From Bdellovibrionales bacterium (lineage in GTDB: Bacteria; Bdellovibrionota; Bdellovibrionia; Bdellovibrionales; UBA1609): a stretch of DNA of 64,000 bases. Below are positions 16,572-24,509 of this stretch, one piece after another. The notes under the pieces were generated by a model. That model was not told the DNA's origin. It made no database searches and saw only the letters and a list, made by a program, of their open reading frames with translations. Every line of letters begins with the position of its first letter. Positions within the stretch are counted from its first letter, which is position 1. The stretch spans positions 18,969 to 82,968 of the forward strand of contig JAHDFM010000011.1 of NCBI GenBank assembly GCA_020628165.1. The letters run 5' to 3'. The position numbers were made by a program, and so were the translations under genes.

Positions 16572-17999
16572 CTACAAAAATTTGTACGTCAGGTTAATAC
16601 TGAACAAGTTGTAGTTATAAACCTCAGATCCCGAGGATACATAGCGCATTTGCAGTTTAGCAGCCCTATTAATGACATAACTAAAGTAAACATCTGGCTG
16701 AAAGTTGACAGAGTCATCCTCTCTGATGGCCAGCTTAAATTGAGTGTCTAAAATGTATTTGTCAGTCTTAAACCACTCAACCCCAGCTCCAAGAGTATAC
16801 AAGGGGCGAGTATCTTCTGTGAAGTAAGGGGAGGCGCCGTCATAAATGGTTTTAAATTTCTGCTGAATTAAGTTAAAAGTGCTGTAAATTCGTTTGGGTT
16901 GATCAAAAGCATAGTACTTCCAAAACAGACTGTAATAAAAGTTAGTATTTTCGTCAGAAATCAACTGCTGAGTGATTTCACCACTGATGATATGGTCTTT
17001 AAATTGCTCAGAATAAACGCTAGCACTCATGTTGAGTGCCGAAATTTCATTGAGGTGTGCCTCTGTGGTGGGGTGATATGAGTCGTTCATTACTTTAAGA
17101 CTAACATAGTTCTTTGTAAACAGAGATGTATTAAAGACATAGCCATAATGAGGGATAGAGTTTGGTAGGTTCACTCCAATGTGTGCATGTGATATTGACT
17201 GAGATGTGTGTGACCAGCTAAGGGTTGATTTGAGCAGGTGATTGCTAAAGTCACGAACTTTGTCTTCTTGCAAGGTCGTTTGATGTTCCAGTTTGTACTT
17301 AAGCTTTGAGTTCAAATAATTGCTGTAATCGTTAGTTATCTGATTTTGTGTAAGGTCTGTGCTATCAACATAATATTTGTACTCATTGAATGTTTGCCCA
17401 GACTTTTCGTAACTAAGTAGGTCTTTGTATTTGAGAGCATTGCTATGAGACGGCTCAAGAGTGAGTATTTTATCATAGTTAGCGAGGCTTCTCTGCCAGC
17501 AGGTGTTCCAGTGACAATGCTGAGCTTGTAGGTAAAGCACTTCTGTGTCGTTGGGCTCTAAAGCAAGATAATCAGTGGCCGACTCTAAAAACGCTGGAAT
17601 GTCTTTCACAGAAATGTAAGCAAGCCCAATATTTTTTAAAGCTGTGTTGTTTTCACTATTGAGTTTAAGGACTTTCTTATAGTAAACAATCGATTTTTTA
17701 AACTGTTGATCCCACTGCAGTCCTTGCGCTAGGTCAAAAAGTAATTTTTCATTGCTTGGGTCCTTTTTAGCAAGAACTTCCATGTATTGCAGTCTTTTTT
17801 TGGTCAGTGAAACCCAACCAGACCACGTGATAATTTTTTTAAGAAGGTCTATATTTCTACGATCTTTTTTATACTGTTTTTCTGCGAGTTGAATAGCTTC
17901 TTTCGTTTTCCCTTGAGCCATCAGCGACTCTAGCGATAGGCCACTAGAGTAGGAGCTGACTGTATAAAAGGTTAAAAGTAAAATTAAAGTTGCTCGCAT
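16572..17999 (-). CDS. Secreted TPR-repeat + beta-barrel protein (small PelB/PgaA/BcsC-type polysaccharide export scaffold/porin candidate)
   Basis: Signal peptide MRATLILLLTFYTVSSYS. The N-terminal ~200 aa are TPR-like (..YYKKVLKLNSENNTALKNIGLAY.. LALEPNDTEVLY.. ILTLEPSHSNAL). The C-terminal ~270 aa have alternating beta-strand character and end ..NLTYKFL. Confidence 0.6.
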   Translation of the reverse strand: MRATLILLLTFYTVSSYSSGLSLESLMAQGKTKEAIQLAEKQYKKDRRNIDLLKKIITWSGWVSLTKKRLQYMEVLAKKDPSNEKLLFDLAQGLQWDQQFKKSIVYYKKVLKLNSENNTALKNIGLAYISVKDIPAFLESATDYLALEPNDTEVLYLQAQHCHWNTCWQRSLANYDKILTLEPSHSNALKYKDLLSYEKSGQTFNEYKYYVDSTDLTQNQITNDYSNYLNSKLKYKLEHQTTLQEDKVRDFSNHLLKSTLSWSHTSQSISHAHIGVNLPNSIPHYGYVFNTSLFTKNYVSLKVMNDSYHPTTEAHLNEISALNMSASVYSEQFKDHIISGEITQQLISDENTNFYYSLFWKYYAFDQPKRIYSTFNLIQQKFKTIYDGASPYFTEDTRPLYTLGAGVEWFKTDKYILDTQFKLAIREDDSVNFQPDVYFSYVINRAAKLQMRYVSSGSEVYNYNLFSINLTYKFL

Positions 18000-18088
18000 A
18001 TAATAAATAAATAATAATTATTTAATAAAGAATGATCGATCTAATTCGTTATTCTTCTTGAAAACTAGATGTAGGTGCAGCTCACAGT

Positions 18089-19198
18089 ATGGCGGGATTA
18101 AATACCGATTTTAATTTAACAAGCAAGATTGATACGAACTTACCATTTTCAGAAAGTTTGTTTTTTCCTTTTTTTAGTTTGATATTTCTATGTTTAGTTA
18201 AATCGTTAGTGAATATAAAATTATTTCCAAATGATCATGTTATAAATTCATTCATGATTTCACTGGTACTCATTTGTTTGGTCGAACACAATGTAGGGCG
18301 TTTGTTTGCCTATTATGAAGAGAACGAAAATATTTTTACGACGACAAGATTGAAATCTTACTTAGTCTCTACGGGGTTAATTCTTGCTTTCATACTTTCC
18401 ATCATAAGCTTTGTAAATGATAGTTTGGCCTACTTACTTCCACTAGATATCTATTTGTCATTCGTAGTTCTGCGATTAATGAAAAAAAAATTATCATTGA
18501 AAGTGGGGGTGCTTTTACTCACAGTCGTTTCTGCAGTTTTGTTTTTTAGTGGTAGTAGTCTTTATTTGTATCATTTGTTTTTAAAAATTATATTAACCGT
18601 TTGTTTTTTTAGATTATTTAAATTCACTTGGTATACATATTATAAGAAATATTTTATTAGAACTCATAAACTGTATTACAGCCTGTTTGGCTTTTGCATT
18701 TATTTCCCTTTAGCATTTTATTTTTATTTTAATCGTGAACAAGTAGTGCACTTTAGCATTATGTCCTTGGTTTTCCTTATGCTAGTGGGAGGGTCTTTTG
18801 TTGATTATCAATTCACCAACTCCTTACTGCGTTTGAAAAAGTTAGTTAGCTCCGAGATGTCATATGGTTCTTTTATAAATAATTCGTTGGATTATGCCGG
18901 TCGAGTGCAATTGATTTTTTCTGTGTACATGGTGCTAGTGGTTCTTTTTGCCAGCTATAGTGCTGTTCTAGGAATGTCTTTTGTTCCAATTGTGCTGCTT
19001 TCATTGGCAGTGTTTATGTATAAGTACAATTATTTCTTTCGTTTGAGTCAGTTGTTCCTAGTAAGTCATTTAATACTGCTCACTTTGGTTTGTGTGGTTG
19101 ATATGAGCTTATTCTTTATACTATATTTGTTGTTAGCATATGTTTTTTTTGTAGAGGGCTTTCGCAAGTTCCACCTTTATTTGCGTGGAATATTTTAA
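18089..19198 (+). CDS. Polytopic membrane protein, unknown function (candidate Wzy-like polymerase or other EPS membrane component)
   Basis: 369 aa, almost entirely hydrophobic segments, embedded in the EPS locus. No motif recognised. Confidence 0.5.
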   Translation: MAGLNTDFNLTSKIDTNLPFSESLFFPFFSLIFLCLVKSLVNIKLFPNDHVINSFMISLVLICLVEHNVGRLFAYYEENENIFTTTRLKSYLVSTGLILAFILSIISFVNDSLAYLLPLDIYLSFVVLRLMKKKLSLKVGVLLLTVVSAVLFFSGSSLYLYHLFLKIILTVCFFRLFKFTWYTYYKKYFIRTHKLYYSLFGFCIYFPLAFYFYFNREQVVHFSIMSLVFLMLVGGSFVDYQFTNSLLRLKKLVSSEMSYGSFINNSLDYAGRVQLIFSVYMVLVVLFASYSAVLGMSFVPIVLLSLAVFMYKYNYFFRLSQLFLVSHLILLTLVCVVDMSLFFILYLLLAYVFFVEGFRKFHLYLRGIF

Positions 19199-19221
19199 GA
19201 GAAAACAAAGGAGTTTAATTG

Positions 19222-20181
19222 ATGAAAAAATTAGTTGTCGTGACTGGAGGAGCTGGCTTTATTGGTTCTCATACTGTGGACTACCTACTTAAGAACAAGT
19301 ACCAAGTGATCGTTCTCGATGACTTCAGCACAGGGCGCAGGGAGAACTTAGAACATCACTCAGGCAACCCAGACCTAGAAGTGTACGAGGTCAACATCGT
19401 CACGCGCTTGTGGTCAAAACTTTCTGCCATTTTAAACGATCGCCCTGTTCATAGTATCATTCATTTAGCTGCTCAAACAGCTGTGGTGCAATCAGTGGCT
19501 GATCCTATCCAAGATGTAAAGGTGAACTATTCAACGACAATCGAAGTGCTTGAGTTTGCTAAGATCAATAATATTAAAAGTGTGTTTTTTGCATCGTCAG
19601 CGGCTGTGTATGGAGACTGTTCTGATGAACTCATATCAGAAAAAGCTCAATGCCAGCCCTTGTCGCCCTACGGAATCAATAAGCTCGGCTCTGAGATGTA
19701 TATGGAGTACTATAAAAAAGTTCACAACATCAACGCCACGTCATTTCGTTTTTTTAATGTGTTTGGACCAAGACAAGACCCTATGAGCTCTTACTCGGGT
19801 GTGATTTCTATTTTCTTTGATCGCGCTCTTAAAAATAAAGACTTGGTTATCTTTGGAGATGGACAACAAACGAGAGATTTTGTTTATGTCGAAGATGTCG
19901 TTCAAAATATTTTATTTTTTCTCAATGAAAACATGAGTTCGGTGGGGGCATACAATGTGGGGACATCCACTAAGACGACCATCACTGAGCTAGCAGAATT
20001 CATCATAGAGATGACGGGCTCAAAGAGCAAAATTATCCACAAAGAAAGTCGTCCGGGAGAAATCATTCACTCGCAGGCCTCCATTGAAAAACTTAAGAAA
20101 ATAAATAAGACATTCCCGAACTACGCCCTTGAGAACGGTTTGCAAATCACAACCGATTGGTTTCGCGAGGCCACCATTTGA
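19222..20181 (+). CDS. NAD-dependent sugar-nucleotide epimerase (extended SDR; GalE/WbpP/PelX-like UDP-hexose or UDP-HexNAc 4-epimerase)
   Basis: AAGGAG RBS. Rossmann motif VVTGGAGFIGSH and catalytic YxxxK (SPYGINKLGSE). About 320 aa, typical for the family. Confidence 0.85.
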   Translation: MKKLVVVTGGAGFIGSHTVDYLLKNKYQVIVLDDFSTGRRENLEHHSGNPDLEVYEVNIVTRLWSKLSAILNDRPVHSIIHLAAQTAVVQSVADPIQDVKVNYSTTIEVLEFAKINNIKSVFFASSAAVYGDCSDELISEKAQCQPLSPYGINKLGSEMYMEYYKKVHNINATSFRFFNVFGPRQDPMSSYSGVISIFFDRALKNKDLVIFGDGQQTRDFVYVEDVVQNILFFLNENMSSVGAYNVGTSTKTTITELAEFIIEMTGSKSKIIHKESRPGEIIHSQASIEKLKKINKTFPNYALENGLQITTDWFREATI

Positions 20182-21533
20182 GCGAACGCATTTCACTGAT
20201 TTTAGAAGGAGCTCAGAAGCCAAGTGTGGGTGGTGTTTTTCGTCATATAGAGTCACTTGTGAAAAGCCTTAAATACAAAAACTTTGAATTCATTCTCCTT
20301 TCAACTAAAGACCAAAGTGACAGTGAATTGCAATTTTTAAAGCAGTTCAATGTGACGGAACGACATGTGAGTCTCTTTCATCCTCACGCTATCAAAAGGT
20401 ATTGGCCATTCAAAGATAAAAAGTTAAAACAAGTTTACAGCTTTATAGAGTCTTTGATCGCTGGAGACACTCAACAAAAATTACAGAAAAAGTTTTTACA
20501 ATTAAAAAAAATGAAGTTTTCAAACAGCAGGGCAAAAAAAATAAGTCAGTGCGATATTAAAGAAATCACACATATCTGCGAAACACACTTTCAACAATCA
20601 GAAGTGAATGATGTGCGCGCCTTAGTGAGGAGCTTTATTTTGCCATTAAGAAACACAATAATGAATCATACGGAACTCAATGTTTCGCATGTATTTTCAG
20701 TGGGGTTGCCATTGTTTTTTGCGTTAAAAAATTCACGAGACACCAAGAAAATCATTGTCGATGTGCACGGCGATTTTCTAGCTGAGCTTGAATTTCAATT
20801 CCCGCACTATAAAAGCGTACAACAAGCTTTCAAAAATCTAGTGAATTTCAACTCTCACCAAATAGAAAATATGGTTTACCGAGGGGTGCGCAGTCAATTA
20901 CAAGCCAGCCAAACAGAAACCAACATCGTCCGTATTAATAATTTTAGCGCAAACAAGTTCAAGTCTCCAAAAGGGTCGGACACACTAAGGATTTCTTATG
21001 TTGGCCGTTTGAGCCGCGAAAAAGATGTTCTCACGGTGATTGAACAGTTCAAAGATTTTAACCAACAATACACAGAGCGAGCTGAGTTAAATATCATTGC
21101 CCCCAAAGGTTACGAAAAAAAATACTACGATTTATTAAAAGTAAAAATAAAAAAGTACAGGTTAACAAATGTAAATTTCCATTTCGATCTTAACCAAAAA
21201 GACCTCTACGCGTTCACAGATGTGCTCTTGTTAATGAGCGATTACGAGACTCAGCCATTGGTGTTAATCGAGGCTGCTCAATTAGAAATCCCTGTGATCT
21301 GCAACGATCTTCCATCATTACGACAAATGGTCACTTCAAGGAAGTACCAAAAAGATCTATTCATAAATAAAAAAGAAAAAAACGAAGCCGTAGAGGCACT
21401 AAACTTAATGAGCAACATCACCAAAAGAAAACAATACGGCCAACTCTTAAAAAGTATACTAGATCAAAAACACACAGAAAAAGCCTTCAGAAGTAGCTAC
21501 GACAATCTTTATAGAGATGTCTCAATTATTTAA
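20178..21533 (+). CDS. Glycosyltransferase, GT4-like
   Basis: C-terminal GT4 region ..SDYETQPLVLIEAAQLEIPVICNDLPSL.. The probable TTG start at 20178 overlaps the epimerase stop (ATTTGA). The ORF track starts it at 20157. Confidence 0.7.
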   Translation: MSERISLILEGAQKPSVGGVFRHIESLVKSLKYKNFEFILLSTKDQSDSELQFLKQFNVTERHVSLFHPHAIKRYWPFKDKKLKQVYSFIESLIAGDTQQKLQKKFLQLKKMKFSNSRAKKISQCDIKEITHICETHFQQSEVNDVRALVRSFILPLRNTIMNHTELNVSHVFSVGLPLFFALKNSRDTKKIIVDVHGDFLAELEFQFPHYKSVQQAFKNLVNFNSHQIENMVYRGVRSQLQASQTETNIVRINNFSANKFKSPKGSDTLRISYVGRLSREKDVLTVIEQFKDFNQQYTERAELNIIAPKGYEKKYYDLLKVKIKKYRLTNVNFHFDLNQKDLYAFTDVLLLMSDYETQPLVLIEAAQLEIPVICNDLPSLRQMVTSRKYQKDLFINKKEKNEAVEALNLMSNITKRKQYGQLLKSILDQKHTEKAFRSSYDNLYRDVSII

Positions 21534-21660
21534 AGTGTTAATTGAACTCTAATTGTACTTACTTTGGTGAACAACTACGTCGAAGCTCAAAGATGTACAA
21601 ACACAAAGTGAAAGCCCCATGCAGCGCCGGAGTTTCATTTGCAAAAAAAGAAAAATGCGA

Positions 21661-21776
21661 AAAGACGTCAAAGACATTTTTTCCGCACGGAGTTCCGCGG
21701 GTGCGCTGCTCGGCCAAAGGGCGAGCGGTGCTGCCCGAGGCTGTTTGAGTACGGAAAGAATGTCTTTGACGTCTTT
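21661..21776. repeat. Hairpin element, copy 1: 25-bp basal stem enclosing a 66-nt GC-rich conserved core
   Basis: 21661-21685 (AAAGACGTCAAAGACATTTTTTCCG) pairs with 21752-21776 (CGGAAAGAATGTCTTTGACGTCTTT), giving 25 bp with one G-T. The core is the reverse complement of the core at 57689-57752. It lies between convergent genes (GT4 end 21533, lpdA end 21836). Confidence 0.75.
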
Positions 21777-21835
21777 GGGTCTCAAGCAAAATCGTGCAAA
21801 TGAATCTCAGGCGACCATGAAAGAACGAAAAAAGC

Positions 21836-23242
21836 CTACATCTGACGAGCAAGCTTGTCGACATTAAGAGCCGCTTCACGAACCACTTCACTCAAAGTCG
21901 GATGCGAGTGGAAGCTGCGAGCAAGGTCTTCAGCACTGCCACCAAACTCCATACAAACGATGATTTCAGAAAGCAGCTCAGAAGCACGAGGCCCAATAAT
22001 ATGGCCCCCTAAAATTTGATCGGTCTCTTTGTGAGCAAGAATTTTAACTTGTCCATCGGTTTGGCCAAGAGCTTTGGCACGGCCATTGGCAGAAAAAGGA
22101 AAAGTTCCTGATTTGTAAGGAATGTTTTGTGCTTTGAGCTCTTCTTCGGTGTAACCAACGCTAGCCACTTCAGGATCTGTATAAATAACAGATGGCACAG
22201 TGAAGTAATTAACGTGTCCCGATTGGCCGGCAACGATTTCAGCAACGGCCACAGCTTCTTCCTCCGCTTTGTGAGCAAGCATCGGACCAGGAATTAAATC
22301 GCCAACAGCGTAGACATTGCTGAACTTAGTTTGAAAATGCTCATTCACTTGCACAAATCCACGCTTGTCTTTTTCAATGCCAAGCTCATCGAGGCCCAGC
22401 TTATCAGAATAAGGCACACGCCCTGCAGCTACTAAACAAATGTCGCCTTTGATCTTTTCAGTTTCTCCAGTTTTCATCACTTCATAAGTGAGCTCCACAG
22501 ATGACTTTTTGGCGTCAGCTTGGGTGACTTTTGCGCCAGTGATAAAGTTCATGCCCTGTTTCTTGAGGATTTGCATAAGGCGTTTGCTTATGCCTTTGTC
22601 CATAGGGCCACAAATTTTGTCTGCGTATTCGATTACAGTGACTTCACTGCCTAAACGCATCCATACAGAGCCCATTTCTAAGCCAATGGCACCAGCGCCA
22701 ATAACGAGCATTTTTTTAGGAACTTTCTCAAGGCTCAAGGCTTCCGTAGAAGAAATGATCGTTGTGCCGTTATACTCAAGACCGGGTAGGGTGTTGGGAG
22801 CACTTCCTGTTGCAAGCATAATATTTTTTGCTTTCAAAACTGTTTCTTTGTCACCACCAGACACTTTGACTTCGTTGGCTGAAACGAGTTGTCCCCAGCC
22901 ACTGAACTTTTCAACGTTATTTTTCTTCATAAGGTAATCCACGCCGCCAGTGAGTTCACCTACGATTTTGTCTTTTCTAGCTAGTAAATTCTTAAGGTTG
23001 AGCTTAACGCCACTGAGATCAACTCCGTGCTCACTCAACGAGTGATTGGCTTGCAAGAAATGCTCAGATGATTCCAGCATAGCCTTTGAAGGAATACAGC
23101 CAACGTTCAAGCACGTGCCGCCCAGTGTTTTTTCTTTTTCAACAATAGCAGTTTTAAGTCCAAGTTGGCTTGCGCGAATGGCGCCAACATAGCCGGCAGG
23201 TCCCGATCCAATGATCACTAAATCAAATTCTGTGTTCGACAT
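21836..23242 (-). CDS. lpdA: Dihydrolipoyl dehydrogenase (E3)
   Basis: GSGPAGYVGAIRASQLG..LGGTCLNVGCIPSKA redox-active disulfide motif. 468 aa, immediately downstream of sucB. Confidence 0.95.
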   Translation of the reverse strand: MSNTEFDLVIIGSGPAGYVGAIRASQLGLKTAIVEKEKTLGGTCLNVGCIPSKAMLESSEHFLQANHSLSEHGVDLSGVKLNLKNLLARKDKIVGELTGGVDYLMKKNNVEKFSGWGQLVSANEVKVSGGDKETVLKAKNIMLATGSAPNTLPGLEYNGTTIISSTEALSLEKVPKKMLVIGAGAIGLEMGSVWMRLGSEVTVIEYADKICGPMDKGISKRLMQILKKQGMNFITGAKVTQADAKKSSVELTYEVMKTGETEKIKGDICLVAAGRVPYSDKLGLDELGIEKDKRGFVQVNEHFQTKFSNVYAVGDLIPGPMLAHKAEEEAVAVAEIVAGQSGHVNYFTVPSVIYTDPEVASVGYTEEELKAQNIPYKSGTFPFSANGRAKALGQTDGQVKILAHKETDQILGGHIIGPRASELLSEIIVCMEFGGSAEDLARSFHSHPTLSEVVREAALNVDKLARQM

Positions 23243-23258
23243 AATATTTGTATCTCCG

Positions 23259-24485
23259 TTAAATGTCTAAAAGCAAACGTGAAGGATCTTCCAGGCCTTC
23301 TTTGATCTTTACTAAAAAGCTCACTGACTCTTTGCCGTCAATAACTCTGTGGTCATAAGAAAGGGCCACGTACATCATTGGGCGAATAACAACTTCACCG
23401 TTAAGTGCAATAGGGCGGTCTTCAATTTTGTGCAATCCCAAAATACCACTCTGTGGTGGGTTTAAAATCGGAGTGGACATCATGGAACCAAAAACACCAC
23501 CGTTGCTGATGGTGAATGTGCCACCGCTCAAATCATCAATTGAAATTTTACCATCGCGAGCTTTCAGGGCGTAGTGACGAATGGCAAGTTCTATTTCAGC
23601 CAGCGACATTCTGTCGACACTTTTAATGGATGGCACCATCAAACCTTTTGGTGTGCTCACTGCGATGCCCATGTTCACAAAATTGCGAGTGATCACTTCG
23701 TCACCGTCGATGCTGGCATTCACAAGTGGGAACTCTTTTAAAGCGGCACAAGTGGCTTTAACAAAAAGACCCATAAAGCCTAAGCTGATGCCGTATTTTT
23801 CTTTGAATTTTTCTTTGTACTTAGCGCGCAAGGCTTTTGCGGCAGTCATATCGATTTCATTAAAGGTCGTTAAGATGGCGGCATTGGTTTGAGCCTCCAC
23901 GAGTCTGCGTGCAATGGTTTTACGAAGCGTACTCATTTTTTTACGTGTTTCAACAGGCTCTTCTCCGCCACTGACAACGGGGAGAGCGGGAGGTGCTACC
24001 GGCGCTTTGGCCTCGGTTTGAGGTGCCGCCGCTTGTGGAGCCGTTGCCGACAAAGCGTTGGCTTTGGTGATGCGACCATCTTTGCCAGTTCCTGCCACTT
24101 GTCCTGGTGATAGGTTTTTTTCAGCCATGATTTTTCTGACTGCAGGGCTTAGGTGACCCGACATATCTTTGCCAGAGGTCGCTGCGGCGGGTGCTGCTGC
24201 TTGAGCAGGAATATCTGTAGTCGTTGTGTTAGATGCTGCCGGGGCTTGCGCATCAGTGTCGATAACACCAAGAACAGTTCCAACGGTGACTGTGTCACCT
24301 TCTTCAACGTTAATTGTGACACTTCCTGCGTGCTCGGCAACAATGTCGACACTGGCTTTTTCAGTTTCTAATGACAATAAAACATCATCTCTTTGTACAT
24401 AACTTCCATTTTCAACACTCCACTCAGCGAGTGTTGCTTCCGTAACAGACTCTCCAACGGCGGGGACTTTGATTTCTGCTTTCAC
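23259..24485 (-). CDS. sucB: Dihydrolipoamide succinyltransferase (E2 of 2-oxoglutarate dehydrogenase)
   Basis: N-terminal lipoyl domain (..[10 protein letters not shown]..), Ala/Pro linker, and catalytic [11 protein letters not shown] motif. GTG start with an AGAGGAA RBS. Confidence 0.95.
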   Translation of the reverse strand: MKAEIKVPAVGESVTEATLAEWSVENGSYVQRDDVLLSLETEKASVDIVAEHAGSVTINVEEGDTVTVGTVLGVIDTDAQAPAASNTTTTDIPAQAAAPAAATSGKDMSGHLSPAVRKIMAEKNLSPGQVAGTGKDGRITKANALSATAPQAAAPQTEAKAPVAPPALPVVSGGEEPVETRKKMSTLRKTIARRLVEAQTNAAILTTFNEIDMTAAKALRAKYKEKFKEKYGISLGFMGLFVKATCAALKEFPLVNASIDGDEVITRNFVNMGIAVSTPKGLMVPSIKSVDRMSLAEIELAIRHYALKARDGKISIDDLSGGTFTISNGGVFGSMMSTPILNPPQSGILGLHKIEDRPIALNGEVVIRPMMYVALSYDHRVIDGKESVSFLVKIKEGLEDPSRLLLDI

Positions 24486-24509
24486 GGTGATTCCTCTTTT
24501 GTTAATTGG

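Noticed and set aside
21661-21776. Hairpin element as SRP (4.5S) RNA, 6S RNA, a tRNA-like gene or a plain rho-independent terminator
   Set aside because: - The SRP domain IV motif (..GGUCCGGAAGGAAGCAGCC..) is absent.
- Two copies in opposite orientations are not expected for ffs or ssrS.
- The sequence has no cloverleaf.
- A 25-bp stem with a 64-66-nt structured interior and no U-tract is not a canonical terminator.
21542-21891. Four mutually overlapping ORFs of 68-110 aa on both strands (21542-21748+, 21549-21785-, 21559-21891-, 21619-21867+)
   Set aside because: They cover the GC-rich hairpin element, where stop codons are scarce. They overlap each other in several frames, have no RBS and encode Arg/Ser/Cys-rich low-complexity peptides. 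A non-coding element explains the region better.
22488-24371. Antisense ORFs inside lpdA and sucB (22488-22937, 23581-23892, 23889-24110, 24153-24371), and similarly 27663-28040 inside the MscS gene
   Set aside because: The opposite strand encodes unmistakable, full-length housekeeping proteins. These are shadow ORFs.
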